Positions 37,476 to 47,106 of a stretch of DNA of 64,000 bases are shown piece after piece. Source of the stretch: a virus. Lineage: Duplodnaviria; Caudoviricetes. Under the pieces are notes generated by a model. It did not search any database. It was not told where the DNA came from and worked only from the letters and a program-made list of their open reading frames with translations. Position 1 is the stretch's first letter. Every line of letters starts with the position of its first letter. The stretch lies in the IMG/VR virus record IMGVR_UViG_3300020045_001617, positions 7,107-71,106 of that record; one strand, 5' to 3'. A program made the position numbers and the translations under genes.

Positions 37476-37709
37476 ATGTCGCTGTTCTCGAAGATCCTGA
37501 CAATTCAAGAGATGGCGCTCTGCCTCGTTCGCAAGTGGTGGCGTCCGCTGACTCAGATCAGCATTGCAGCGGCATTGTTCGTTAACGGCGTCATCATTCC
37601 CCTGTGGACGTGGACGGTCCCCAACATGGCGGAACTTGCAGCATACGTTGCAGCGGCCACGGCGGCATTCGGTGTCCGTGCCTACGAAAAGGTGAAGGAC
37701 GTAGCATGA
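37476..37709 (+). CDS. Holin (GTA-type 3TM family-like)
   Basis: WWRP then hydrophobic segments, ending FGVRAYEKVKDVA; directly upstream of the endolysin. Confidence 0.7.
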   Translation: MSLFSKILTIQEMALCLVRKWWRPLTQISIAAALFVNGVIIPLWTWTVPNMAELAAYVAAATAAFGVRAYEKVKDVA

Positions 37710-38320
37710 GCCTCGGTGACCCACGCCCATTCTTCCAACGGTTGCGCGTTGGTCACATGCTCGGGCCAGACCTGACTCGCGCCGAAGTGGACGGCTGCAA
37801 CGCGCTACTGGATGCTTTTGCTGCTGCCAAGTGGCCCTTGGCTTTTGCCGCATACGGCCTCGCAACAGCGTATCACGAAACCGGCCACACGATGCAGCCG
37901 GTAAAAGAGTTCGGTGGACCCAAGTATTTTGCGAAGTATGACACTGGCAGGCTGGCTGCTGATTTGGGTAACACCCCTGCTGCTGACGGTGACGGCATCG
38001 CCCTCGCAGGTCGCGGCTATGTCCAGATCACCGGCTTCACCAACTACAAGCGCGCCTCCGACGAACTTGGCGTGAACTTCATCAAGACGCCCGACCTCGC
38101 GCTGAACCCCAAGTACGCCGCCGACATCATGGTGCGCGGTTGCAGCGAAGGATGGTTCACCGGCAAGGCGTTCCGCAACTACCTGCCGAAGAACGGCCCC
38201 GCCGTTGCTGCGCAGTTCCGCGAGTGTCGGCGGGTCATCAATGGCATGGATCGCGCCGACCTCATCGCCGGTTATGCTGTCGAGTTCCAGAAGGCGCTTC
38301 AGGCAGGGATTTGGCAGTGA
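37706..38320 (+). CDS. Endolysin, glycoside hydrolase 19-like
   Basis: LATAYHET...PVKE...GRGYVQITGFTNY...RRVING.DRA motifs. Confidence 0.88.
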   Translation: MSLGDPRPFFQRLRVGHMLGPDLTRAEVDGCNALLDAFAAAKWPLAFAAYGLATAYHETGHTMQPVKEFGGPKYFAKYDTGRLAADLGNTPAADGDGIALAGRGYVQITGFTNYKRASDELGVNFIKTPDLALNPKYAADIMVRGCSEGWFTGKAFRNYLPKNGPAVAAQFRECRRVINGMDRADLIAGYAVEFQKALQAGIWQ

Positions 38321-38712
38321 TCGAACGTCTCCTGACTGCCAAGTGGGTGATTGGCACCTATGCGTTTGGTGCAGCGACAATCGGCCTCGGCGTCGGATGC
38401 TTCATCCTTAACGGACAGAACCTGACGCTGCGTACCGAAATCCAGACTGTGCGTATCGACCTCGCCCAAGCCAAGGCGAACAACGTCGTTCTGGAATCTG
38501 CCATCGACGACCAGAATGCTTCACTGGAAGCCCTCGCCGCAGAATCACAGCGACGCCTCGACGCTGCCAATGTGAAACTGGCAGCCGCGCAGAAGGCTCG
38601 CAAGGTCGCAGAGGGTAGGGTGACTATCCTTCTCGACAAACCCATCCCCGGTTCGACACTTGAGGAACGCATCCTCGCCGTGGATGCAATGGTGCTGGAG
38701 TCCCTGCGATGA
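38317..38712 (+). CDS. i-spanin (Rz-like)
   Basis: GTG start overlapping the lysin stop; N-terminal TM then coiled coil. Confidence 0.75.
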   Translation: MIERLLTAKWVIGTYAFGAATIGLGVGCFILNGQNLTLRTEIQTVRIDLAQAKANNVVLESAIDDQNASLEALAAESQRRLDAANVKLAAAQKARKVAEGRVTILLDKPIPGSTLEERILAVDAMVLESLR

Positions 38713-38996
38713 GGTTCACCCCGCTGCTGCTTCTCCTGCCACTCGCTGCCTGTGCAGGCCGACCAGAGCCTATCGTTCGCACCGTTACCGTGAAGGTGCC
38801 CATCGCGCTTGAGTGCGTCCCCGTCTCCCTTTCCGATGCGCCCGAGTATCCCGACACCGACGAAGCCTTGCTGGCCGTGGTGGACGCCGCAGAGCGCTAC
38901 CGCCTCCTGTTTGCTGGTCGCGTGTTGCGTGATGCGCGTCTCGGGGAAGTCGAGCCGGTGCTACAAATTTGCCGAAACCATGAGGTTGCCAAGTGA
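38709..38996 (+). CDS. o-spanin (Rz1-like lipoprotein)
   Basis: Signal peptide with lipobox LAAC; Pro-rich mature part. Confidence 0.8.
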   Translation: MRFTPLLLLLPLAACAGRPEPIVRTVTVKVPIALECVPVSLSDAPEYPDTDEALLAVVDAAERYRLLFAGRVLRDARLGEVEPVLQICRNHEVAK

Positions 38997-39283
38997 GCGA
39001 AGACGTAATCGACATTGCTCGTAAAGCACTGGAATTGGCAAGAGATGTGGAGCGTCGCGTAGACGGCCACGAAGACATTTGCGCCATCCGCTACCGCCAA
39101 TTGGAAGGTAGCATCGGTGACGTGAAGAAAATCATAACGTGGGCTGGCACCACGGGCTTCGGCATCATCATGGCGGCACTGGCGTTCTTCATCAACGGCC
39201 AGTTCGACGCCAACAAAGAGATGCAGAAGACCATACAGAATCTGCAACAGCAACAATCGAGTCAGAATGAGCGACACGAATGA
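38993..39283 (+). CDS. Membrane protein with N-terminal coiled coil
   Basis: HEDICAIRY segment followed by one TM helix. Confidence 0.6.
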   Translation: MSEDVIDIARKALELARDVERRVDGHEDICAIRYRQLEGSIGDVKKIITWAGTTGFGIIMAALAFFINGQFDANKEMQKTIQNLQQQQSSQNERHE

Positions 39284-40439
39284 TCTTGATTCGCTTCGCC
39301 CGTGGGCGACCCCTCGACAGATAGAATACATTGACGGCCTGATTGCCACCGGGAGCCACCGCGCTCTCGCCAAGATGTTGGGCGTGTCACGCGGCAGCAT
39401 TTCCGGGTCGCTGAAGTCTTTGCGCAAACGTGCTGCTGCGCAGGGGTTTTCGCCGGAACACAATTTCACACAACCTGTTCCTGACGGCTTCAAACTCAAG
39501 CGCCACTCCCAGTATTACGACGCTGAGGGTAAGCCGCGTGGTAAGTGGGTCATCGCGACAGCAGACGAACAGCGCCAGAAGGAACTGTTCGACGGTGTTG
39601 TTGCTGCCATGTGTGACGACATTCCCCGCATGTCGCCAGTTGTCGCACCGCAGCAGGGTAACGACAAACTCTGCAACCTGTTCACCATCACCGACTACCA
39701 CGTCGGAATGTTGGCATGGGGTGAAGAAACTGGTGCTGACTGGGATCTGGAAATAGCCGAAGCAACACTGGTCGCGGCATTCTCACACCTGATCGCCAAT
39801 TCCCCCAAAGCCAAAGTGGCTGTGATTAACCAGCTTGGTGATTTCTTGCATTTTGATTCATTCGAAGCTGTTACACCGATGCACAAGCACTTGCTCGACG
39901 CTGATAGCCGTTTCCCCAAGGTGGTGGCTGTAGCCATCAGGTTACTACGTAGAGTGATCGACATGGCGCTCGCAAGCCACGCAGAAGTCAAGTTGTTGAT
40001 TTGTCAAGGCAATCATGATCTATCATCATCAGTGTGGTTGCAGGCAATGTTCACGGCACTATACGAAAACGACCCGCGCATCTCTGTAGATCAGACTGTG
40101 TTGCCATATTACGTTCACCAGCACGGCAAGGTGATGCTTGGCTTCCACCACGGCCACATGAAGAAGAACGAAGGGTTACCGCTTCACTTCGCTGCCAGTT
40201 ACCCAGTGATCTGGGGAACCACAGCCAAGCGGTACGTCCACGTTGGGCATAGACATCACGTCGAAGAGAAGGAACACGCAGGTGTAAAAGTTGTGCAGCA
40301 TAGCACCCTTGCCGCCAAGGACGCTTACGCAGCCCGAGGGGGGTGGTCAAGCGAACGTCAGATGTTGTCGATCACCTATCACTCTGAATTTGGAGAAGTG
40401 GCTAGGGCTACTGTTACCCCTGAGATGCTTTGCGTTTGA
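39267..40439 (+). CDS. Calcineurin-like metallophosphoesterase with N-terminal HTH
   Basis: DYHVG, GDFLH, GNHD, FHHGH and HVGHRHH metal-binding motifs. Confidence 0.8.
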   Translation: MSDTNDLDSLRPWATPRQIEYIDGLIATGSHRALAKMLGVSRGSISGSLKSLRKRAAAQGFSPEHNFTQPVPDGFKLKRHSQYYDAEGKPRGKWVIATADEQRQKELFDGVVAAMCDDIPRMSPVVAPQQGNDKLCNLFTITDYHVGMLAWGEETGADWDLEIAEATLVAAFSHLIANSPKAKVAVINQLGDFLHFDSFEAVTPMHKHLLDADSRFPKVVAVAIRLLRRVIDMALASHAEVKLLICQGNHDLSSSVWLQAMFTALYENDPRISVDQTVLPYYVHQHGKVMLGFHHGHMKKNEGLPLHFAASYPVIWGTTAKRYVHVGHRHHVEEKEHAGVKVVQHSTLAAKDAYAARGGWSSERQMLSITYHSEFGEVARATVTPEMLCV

Positions 40440-41118
40440 TCCAACTTAACCGAACACTTTCTGAACGCTTTTGTCGGGTTTCGTCACTAATGTTTCTGGC
40501 AGATTCGGCACGCCTTGCTCGTAGATTCGGACACTGATTGGTCAATTTCGCAGTTTCAGAACGTTTACGTCGCGTCTCATCTGAAATGTTGCGGGCACGG
40601 TCTGACAATTTTGCACGAGTTTCTGCGCTGGGTGGAGCGCGACCTAAAGCAGCAAGACGCATGTTTTCCTTGTGCTGCTCGGGCAAAGGCTTTCCTATCC
40701 GACTGAGCGATTGGAGGAAGCGCGTGTATTCCGAGACATATCTACCTTTCATTTTTTCCGACATGTGGCGTCGCAACTCGGCAGATTTTGGCGGCATCTT
40801 CAAACCCAGTGTTGTGCCGCCCACCGTGGCAGTATTGTATACTCCGCCCATGTCACTCAGGAGAGCAATCCATTGTGTCTCCATCTGTAACATTTCGCAC
40901 TGAGTTTCACACTCATCAATTACGGTAAACGTAAAAACGTCTTCCCCATGCTTTATCCATGACCGTTGAAGATGTTTGCAATGATGCACTCCGTTGCGTA
41001 GTTGCCATCTATGCGTGGTCCACCTGCTGCGCACTTTCGCACTAGAGCCGACATAGGTTACGCCGGTCCTTGTGTTTTTAATCGTGTAAATCACGAATTT
41101 ATTGATACCCGCAACCAT
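40414..41118 (-). CDS. GIY-YIG homing endonuclease with NUMOD3-like repeats
   Basis: VIYTIKN....YVGSS...RW..H...LR; repeated SDETRRKRSE-type tail. Confidence 0.88.
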   Translation of the reverse strand: MVAGINKFVIYTIKNTRTGVTYVGSSAKVRSRWTTHRWQLRNGVHHCKHLQRSWIKHGEDVFTFTVIDECETQCEMLQMETQWIALLSDMGGVYNTATVGGTTLGLKMPPKSAELRRHMSEKMKGRYVSEYTRFLQSLSRIGKPLPEQHKENMRLAALGRAPPSAETRAKLSDRARNISDETRRKRSETAKLTNQCPNLRARRAESARNISDETRQKRSESVRLSWIKRKASQG

Positions 41119-41196
41119 AAGTTGACGAGTAGCAAAATATCAACCACTATGCAACTTCACGCATTATCGTCCCCCTGAACACCGGGCCTACGCCGT

Positions 41197-41442
41197 ATGA
41201 CCGCAACCCACACCGACGAAGAATGGTACACGCTCGACACGCTGACGTTCCTCGACTGGGATTCGTTCAACCCGCACAACTATACCTGCCAAGTCACGAT
41301 GAAGATTGTCGAGGGGTTGACCTCGACCGGCGACACCGTGGAGGTAGTATATTACGCTACGGGAGATTACGAGGACCGCTGGGTCGATGTTACTGGTACG
41401 ATGCGTGACATCATCTATTGGCGTCCGTGTCGAGACCGTTGA
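41197..41442 (+). CDS. Hypothetical protein
   Basis: 81-aa ORF with plausible composition. Confidence 0.45.
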   Translation: MTATHTDEEWYTLDTLTFLDWDSFNPHNYTCQVTMKIVEGLTSTGDTVEVVYYATGDYEDRWVDVTGTMRDIIYWRPCRDR

Positions 41443-41689
41443 CTGCCAGTTCGATCACCCGCTGGCAAAAGCCGACCTCGACGCCTGTCCACTGACCTTT
41501 TTCGACCATGTCTCGCATCGACGCCGTAAACATACACAACGCTTCCTGTTTCGATGCGAGACAACCTACGACCAGTTCTGCGCGGGTGCGTCCCGTGATG
41601 CAGTCTTCAGCCCAGTTTCCGGTCGCTGCGTCGGACCAGAAGTCCTTGCCGACGATGACGTGCTCTTTACGCAGCGCCACAACATTCAT
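41411..41689 (-). CDS. Hypothetical protein
   Basis: 92-aa ORF at the end of the leftward operon. Confidence 0.5.
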   Translation of the reverse strand: MNVVALRKEHVIVGKDFWSDAATGNWAEDCITGRTRAELVVGCLASKQEALCMFTASMRDMVEKGQWTGVEVGFCQRVIELAVNGLDTDANR

Positions 41690-41748
41690 ACGTGCCCCCT
41701 ACCACCCTGTTGATACATTGAATTGCACCTGTGCGGGTTACTGATTGA

Positions 41749-42405
41749 TTAACCGAAAAGCGCGTCGAAGTTTGAGTCAGAAACGGCCCGTGGCGGGGCA
41801 TTTGTCACCCTTCGGATAGGGTAATATGCAGTAGGCCCAACGTGGTCGCGCTGCCACACCACCCAGATGACATCCATGAGCGGGCTACTGCCGCGTTCCT
41901 TTTCCAAGAACGATGGTCGCCATGTCAGTGGTAAGATCCGTGCGGGCGGATGTGTTTCAAAGAGACTGCGCCGCTTGGCCGCGTGCCAATACTGCGACTT
42001 CAGTAGCATGGCGACCACTGGTGCCTGCTTCATGCTATGAGCGATAAATTTATCTGCTATGTTGAATGGCGGGTTCGTGATTACCGCATCATAGCCCAAA
42101 TCCGAAAAGTCGGTTTCCAGATAATCGACACCGCCATCGCCATAGCCCGAATCTTCGCGCAGATCGCATCCGTAGACATCGTAGCCACATTCTACCAGTG
42201 CCTTCGCCATTGCCCCATCACCGCAAGCTGGCTCTAACACAAGAGACCTCTCGGGCAACATGTCGATGATGTGCGGCAGCAAACTGTATGTCACATCTGG
42301 CGGTGTCGGGTAGAAGTCAGCAGGCTTACGCTCCCACTTCTGCATTGCACCGACAATGGCGCTGGAAAGATGGCCAAGGGGCGCAGCGGTGGTAGGCTCA
42401 GTCAC
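41749..42405 (-). CDS. SAM-dependent DNA methyltransferase (amino-MTase, NPPF)
   Basis: DFYPTP, LEPACGDG motif I and ITNPPF motif IV. Confidence 0.85.
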   Translation of the reverse strand: MTEPTTAAPLGHLSSAIVGAMQKWERKPADFYPTPPDVTYSLLPHIIDMLPERSLVLEPACGDGAMAKALVECGYDVYGCDLREDSGYGDGGVDYLETDFSDLGYDAVITNPPFNIADKFIAHSMKQAPVVAMLLKSQYWHAAKRRSLFETHPPARILPLTWRPSFLEKERGSSPLMDVIWVVWQRDHVGPTAYYPIRRVTNAPPRAVSDSNFDALFG

Positions 42406-42770
42406 TCAAACATACTCCCGAAATCAACAGATTCATCCAGCGTAATCGTGCCGACCACTGTGTCAGTGCGAACTAGGCTGTCTTGCGGACCTTCGCCGTC
42501 ACCCAGATCAACGACACCACGGAACACTGTATCCCCAACCTTGGCAGACTGCGCATAACGCCGTTCCAGATCACGACTGCGACGCTCATCCTCGATCAGC
42601 GCAGCACGCAACGCAGCGACCGGGTCATCCGACACCTTGCCATCGTGCGTCAGCCGCTTCGGCTCGTAGTGATACACCGATGCCTGCCAGCCTTGGTCGT
42701 CGCGAAACAACTGAATGTGGCCGTAGTGCATCCGCGTCGAACGCAGCAGATCGTCGATGGAGTCAGTCAC
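42402..42770 (-). CDS. Hypothetical protein
   Basis: Coupled overlaps; ends DFGSMFE. Confidence 0.6.
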   Translation of the reverse strand: MTDSIDDLLRSTRMHYGHIQLFRDDQGWQASVYHYEPKRLTHDGKVSDDPVAALRAALIEDERRSRDLERRYAQSAKVGDTVFRGVVDLGDGEGPQDSLVRTDTVVGTITLDESVDFGSMFE

Positions 42771-42952
42771 AGGTTCACCGTTTTCCAGCGCTGCTTGCCG
42801 TGGCGCATCTGGACGACCACAGGGCCATCCTGACCGTACATGTTGGCGTAGTGTGCCGTTTCACGCGCAACGCTGTCACGGTCGTATCCAGACACGCCAG
42901 CGACAGGTTGACCGGCTTCAACGATGCGACCGTAGTAGAGCGTGTCACTCAT
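42767..42952 (-). CDS. Hypothetical protein (61 aa)
   Basis: Internal ATG (MSDTLYYG) overlaps the upstream gene end. Confidence 0.5.
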   Translation of the reverse strand: MSDTLYYGRIVEAGQPVAGVSGYDRDSVARETAHYANMYGQDGPVVVQMRHGKQRWKTVNL

Positions 42953-43190
42953 CTGGCGTCTCCCAGCGAAACTCCACACCGCCACTGCGCTTCTCGAAAT
43001 GCACACCCGCTGGTCCACACCGCGAAAACATGGTGAGGAACCGGTCGCGGATCGTCGCTTTGCGCTCGCTCTCGCACGTCGGGTAGAACGGTTCACCGGT
43101 TACGCTGTTGACCATTGCTGGTCTACGAGTGCAGCGGTGGTCGAACGTGTGCTTGGTGCAGTCCTTGCACAGTGGCGGTGTGGCGGTCAT
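42945..43190 (-). CDS. Hypothetical Cys-rich protein
   Basis: CKDC...C...C..ER...CG pattern. Confidence 0.6.
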   Translation of the reverse strand: MTATPPLCKDCTKHTFDHRCTRRPAMVNSVTGEPFYPTCESERKATIRDRFLTMFSRCGPAGVHFEKRSGGVEFRWETPDE

Positions 43191-43477
43191 TCGAACATGA
43201 GTCCGATTGCGCAGGCCATTCCGTCGTACATGGCGCGCTCGGCTGCAAGATCGTCGCGGTTCTTTTTGCGGTCGCGGATCAGTTGCTTGAACACCTTACC
43301 ATCGTAGCCGAGGCTCTTCAGTTCCGTGACGACATCCTTCTGGTCGTCAGCGATACCCTTCTTCTCTTCGTCGAGTCGCTCGTAACGCTCTACGAATTGA
43401 ACAAGGCGGGCATCGGTTGCTGAAACATTATCACCAGCGCCGCGCGTGTCCTCAACGTCGTCTTCATCGTCAAACAT
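43187..43477 (-). CDS. gapR: GapR/DUF2312-family nucleoid-associated protein
   Basis: LVQFVERYERLDEEKKGIADDQKDVVTELKSLGYDGKVFKQLIRDRK matches the DUF2312 pattern. Confidence 0.85.
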   Translation of the reverse strand: MFDDEDDVEDTRGAGDNVSATDARLVQFVERYERLDEEKKGIADDQKDVVTELKSLGYDGKVFKQLIRDRKKNRDDLAAERAMYDGMACAIGLMFE

Positions 43478-43488
43478 AAACAGTCTCC

Positions 43489-43740
43489 CTAATTAACCGT
43501 GGGTTGTCCCGCAGCGTCCATCATCTCAGTAGCAACATCCAAGCAACCACTCATCGACAGCGCCAACTGCGGGACCGTATTCGTTGCGACGGACCATTCG
43601 CCCAGTGTCGCAAGGAACATGCCGACTGCGCTACCCAGCCCATGTGCTTCGAGAATATCCTCGAAAACACCTTGCACGATTTCGTGCCATTCTGCTTCGG
43701 TGGGCGGGGTGTCGTCGTCAACTTGTTCCATGCGAATCAC
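43489..43740 (-). CDS. Hypothetical protein
   Basis: 83-aa ORF in the operon. Confidence 0.5.
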   Translation of the reverse strand: MIRMEQVDDDTPPTEAEWHEIVQGVFEDILEAHGLGSAVGMFLATLGEWSVATNTVPQLALSMSGCLDVATEMMDAAGQPTVN

Positions 43741-43759
43741 CGTAAGGTTGAATCAGTTT

Positions 43760-45709
43760 TTAGTCAACCGGCTTCTGTGCGTCCACGATTTCACACGCAT
43801 TCCCGACACAGGCAAACTCGCGCGTCCCTGTTACGGTGTCGATGCCCTTCTCGTAGAACGACAGATCGCCCCAGTCGATGTCCGCAGGCATGGCAGCCAG
43901 CATCGTGTCGTACTGTTCCTTGGTGATCGTCTCATAGGGCATCTGCGTGTAGGTGCTGTCACCTTCGAAGTGCGGCAGGAACGACAGCCCCACCATGTCG
44001 TCAAAGTGGTCGAACACCCAACCACCGACACTCGGCCACTCGTTTTCCTTGACGCTGATAGTGCAGGACATGTTGTGTTCTGCCCAATGCTGGTTGTACG
44101 TTTTGACCAGTTCCAGATGCTCGATGGCCGTAACACCGTCGCGGGTGACGGTGCCTGCACCCAACTTCACGGGGAAACTGAACACGGTCATTTGCTGAGG
44201 CTTGGCGGCGTGTGGTTCGTTGGGGATTCCGGCATCCGACATGAACGCGGTAATCGGGTCTGACGAATCGCCAGTGACGCGACGAATGTAGTATTCAGCG
44301 TGTCCTTGGTGGATACCACTTGGGCAATTCACCAATTGACTGACGGTTCCGCTGGGTTTCCCGCAAGTGGTAGCAGCAGACGGGTTGATGTTCAGATCGT
44401 AGGCAGTAAGACGGTTGGTCTTTACTACCGTTGACTTCATCTTCTCAAGCGCGCTTCCGAGTTTACTGAGTCCGTTGTCTCCGCGCATGAACGCATTGTC
44501 ATAGATGCCGGTCCACGAAACACCGAGAAGGCGTTCGTCTTCTGCGTTCTTCGTCCACTCCGGTTCAACGAAGTTGTAGCGCGTCAAGGTGGACTGCCAC
44601 GTTCCGAGGATGGCAGCGAGACGCGCCTTTTCCTTAAGTTCCGAAACGCTGTCCGTGTCGCGAACGATGCCTTCGGTAAGGTTGCACAGACCACGGGGGC
44701 GAAGGAGGATTTCGCCGCACGGGTTCAAACCGAAGTTGAAACGATGATCGCGGCGACCGAGTTTCAGGATCTTGTGAACCGCACCGTCACGATTGAAGAT
44801 GCCGCGTTCGCCTGAACGACTGCGGTACAGCGACGACCATTCGTCCATGAACTGTCCGACTTCGGGCTTCTCGGTATAGGCTACGCTGTTGTTCGCTAGT
44901 GCCAGATGCGGCTTGTCCGACCACCAGCTTCCTGACTTCGCATCGCGCATCCGCTGATCGGAGAGGTTTGACAGACTGATGAGTGCAGAACGACGCACAC
45001 CTCCGACGACGACGATTTCACCCGTCTTGCAGACCAGTTCATGCACTTCGAGGCTGTTGAGGCGACGACCCGCTGCATGGCGAAACATGCGGATGGTAAA
45101 CTCAAACAGGTCGCGCAGCGGATCAGGACCGGAGGCGCGACCCCCGAACACCTTCAACCGTTCACCTGCTGGTCGAACCTGCGAGTAGTCGATAGTAGGA
45201 AGGCGACCGGCGTAAAGATGATTGATGAGTTGTTCAAACGCATCGGCCCAACCCATCTTCGAGTCACCAACGACGATTTCATAGGCGACCTTGCTGAAGT
45301 CAGCAGGCACTTCTGGCAGATTGGCGATTTCTTGCCGTTCGCAGGAGAAGCCGACGCCGGTTCCGCATAGCAGCACGTAGAGCGCTTCAGCGAAAGCGCG
45401 AGGGCGGTCGATAGGGAGATATGAACAGTTGAATCCTGCAATGTTCTCGCGCTTCAACGCTTCACCAGCAGTCATCAAGGCACGCATTGATGGCATGATT
45501 GCAAGATTTAGAACAGCGTCTTCCAGTTCGGAACGCAGACTCTGCGTGACGGTGTAGCCGTTATGCTCGGCCAGTTCTGCTTCGAAGAAGTCGAAATAGC
45601 GACCAACTGTTTCATGCCAGTGTTCGCGGCGTCCGAGGTCGTCGCGGAAGCGCGCGTACCTGCTTTTCGCGATGTAGTTTTGATAATCGGTCGGAAGAGA
45701 CACAGACAT
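43760..45709 (-). CDS. nrdJ: Class II (adenosylcobalamin-dependent) ribonucleotide reductase, monomeric type
   Basis: PSMRALMTAG, GGVRRSALI, NPCGEILL..CNL, KPSGTVS and C-terminal FACVGNACE; AGGGAG RBS. Confidence 0.93.
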   Translation of the reverse strand: MSVSLPTDYQNYIAKSRYARFRDDLGRREHWHETVGRYFDFFEAELAEHNGYTVTQSLRSELEDAVLNLAIMPSMRALMTAGEALKRENIAGFNCSYLPIDRPRAFAEALYVLLCGTGVGFSCERQEIANLPEVPADFSKVAYEIVVGDSKMGWADAFEQLINHLYAGRLPTIDYSQVRPAGERLKVFGGRASGPDPLRDLFEFTIRMFRHAAGRRLNSLEVHELVCKTGEIVVVGGVRRSALISLSNLSDQRMRDAKSGSWWSDKPHLALANNSVAYTEKPEVGQFMDEWSSLYRSRSGERGIFNRDGAVHKILKLGRRDHRFNFGLNPCGEILLRPRGLCNLTEGIVRDTDSVSELKEKARLAAILGTWQSTLTRYNFVEPEWTKNAEDERLLGVSWTGIYDNAFMRGDNGLSKLGSALEKMKSTVVKTNRLTAYDLNINPSAATTCGKPSGTVSQLVNCPSGIHQGHAEYYIRRVTGDSSDPITAFMSDAGIPNEPHAAKPQQMTVFSFPVKLGAGTVTRDGVTAIEHLELVKTYNQHWAEHNMSCTISVKENEWPSVGGWVFDHFDDMVGLSFLPHFEGDSTYTQMPYETITKEQYDTMLAAMPADIDWGDLSFYEKGIDTVTGTREFACVGNACEIVDAQKPVD

Positions 45710-45780
45710 AGATACTCCCTGCTTCGGTGGTCGTTGGTACAATATGTAGTGGAACAGTCACGAATATAGTGAAACGCCGC

Positions 45781-46437
45781 TCAAAGCAACATCTCTGGCC
45801 GAATTACCGTAGACCCTTTGGGGGTGCGACCGTAACCCATGGCCTGTAGTTCCATGGCTTTGTCGATCATGCGATACAGGTCACGCAGCGACCCGGTGTT
45901 GTGGATCAGGAAGTCGGGGTTCAACCGGTCCACGCGCTCGGAATCGTGGACGCCGCGCATGATGCCGAAGGTCTGGTAGAGCCACTTGCCGACGCCACCC
46001 TTGAACGCAGCAGGACCGGCACCGGGTCGCACGATCATGATCGTCAGGCCGTTGCGTCGCCGGATACCATCTTCCTCGTTGGGGAAGCGAACGGAGTCGT
46101 TCATGGCAAGACCACTGGGTATCCGCGACGCACGCGCTTCCCAGCAACGCTGCCACAAGTCGGGGTGGATCTGGTTGCGCCCCCACTCGGTTCCGAGGGT
46201 GATCTGCGCATGGCGAGACGTGACTCCCAGTTCGGGGATGACTTCCTCCTTCAGCGGACCTTCGAGGTATGCCCAAACGTCATTTCGGTTGTAACCAAAA
46301 TCGGAGAGAAGGGAGTCAAGCATCTTACGCAACGGATCTGCGATGTGCAGTCGCGTGTAGCCGTATTCTGATTGCAGGTATTCTGCGGCGGTGGTTTTAC
46401 CTGACTTGGCGAAACCTGATAATCCGATTGCTGTCAT
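45781..46437 (-). CDS. Deoxynucleoside monophosphate kinase
   Basis: GLSGFAKSGKTT, TLGTEWGR and DSVRFPNE motifs. Confidence 0.9.
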   Translation of the reverse strand: MTAIGLSGFAKSGKTTAAEYLQSEYGYTRLHIADPLRKMLDSLLSDFGYNRNDVWAYLEGPLKEEVIPELGVTSRHAQITLGTEWGRNQIHPDLWQRCWEARASRIPSGLAMNDSVRFPNEEDGIRRRNGLTIMIVRPGAGPAAFKGGVGKWLYQTFGIMRGVHDSERVDRLNPDFLIHNTGSLRDLYRMIDKAMELQAMGYGRTPKGSTVIRPEMLL

Positions 46438-46727
46438 TTCTTATTCCAATCGCGGGCTTCGATGGCATTGGCGATGTCATCATGGTGCAAGGTTTCGGGC
46501 TGACTGTTCAACCAATCCACGATCCTCACCCGCTCTGCATCAGCACCTGCCTGCATCGCCATTGCAAGGGCGGTGTCGTTCGCTTGGCGCGCCTCGGCAA
46601 GTTCGGCTTGCAGGGTGGTGATGGCGGTGGCTGCTTCAATCATGGCAAGCCGAACGACTGAGCGTAATTGCTCACGCATGGCATAGCCCGACAACTGATC
46701 TACCAACTCGCTGTAGTCACTCTGCAT
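46434..46727 (-). CDS. Hypothetical coiled-coil protein
   Basis: Overlapping operon gene. Confidence 0.55.
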   Translation of the reverse strand: MQSDYSELVDQLSGYAMREQLRSVVRLAMIEAATAITTLQAELAEARQANDTALAMAMQAGADAERVRIVDWLNSQPETLHHDDIANAIEARDWNKK

Positions 46728-47106
46728 GTCTGGCTCCTAGGGCTTGGCGGGTCACGCTGTCGCCCCACGCATCATTCTCAACATCGACGGTCAAATCGAA
46801 CGCCGCGTCATCGGATAGGCAATCGCGGGCGCACTGGTACCCATTACGCCAAGCCGCCTCCACCACATCACCGCTCGGCTCAAGTGCGGCGGCTGCGCGG
46901 GTGTTCCATGCGGTGATAGCTTCGGGCATACCAGAACGCTCTGCCCATCCGTTTGGACCTTGGGGATCGCTTACCCTGACCATTGCCGGGCAGTCTTTGC
47001 AGCGAATCACATTTATGCCGCAGTACCCGAAACGCTCATCTCGGCTTTCTCGCGCTTCAATTGCTTCACCGCCACAAAACGGGCAAGGCTTCAGCTTATC
47101 AATCAT
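46717..47106 (-). CDS. lar: Lar-family restriction alleviation protein
   Basis: LKPCPFCGG...C..C...AITAWNTR. Confidence 0.8.
   Translation of the reverse strand: MIDKLKPCPFCGGEAIEARESRDERFGYCGINVIRCKDCPAMVRVSDPQGPNGWAERSGMPEAITAWNTRAAAALEPSGDVVEAAWRNGYQCARDCLSDDAAFDLTVDVENDAWGDSVTRQALGARHAE

Noticed and set aside
43499-44263. Long antisense/alternative-frame ORFs (e.g. 43499-44263 +, 18171-19271 -, 19813-20679 -, 21933-22778 -)
   Set aside because: Shadow ORFs opposite well-supported genes, expected in high-GC DNA; no motifs or RBS.
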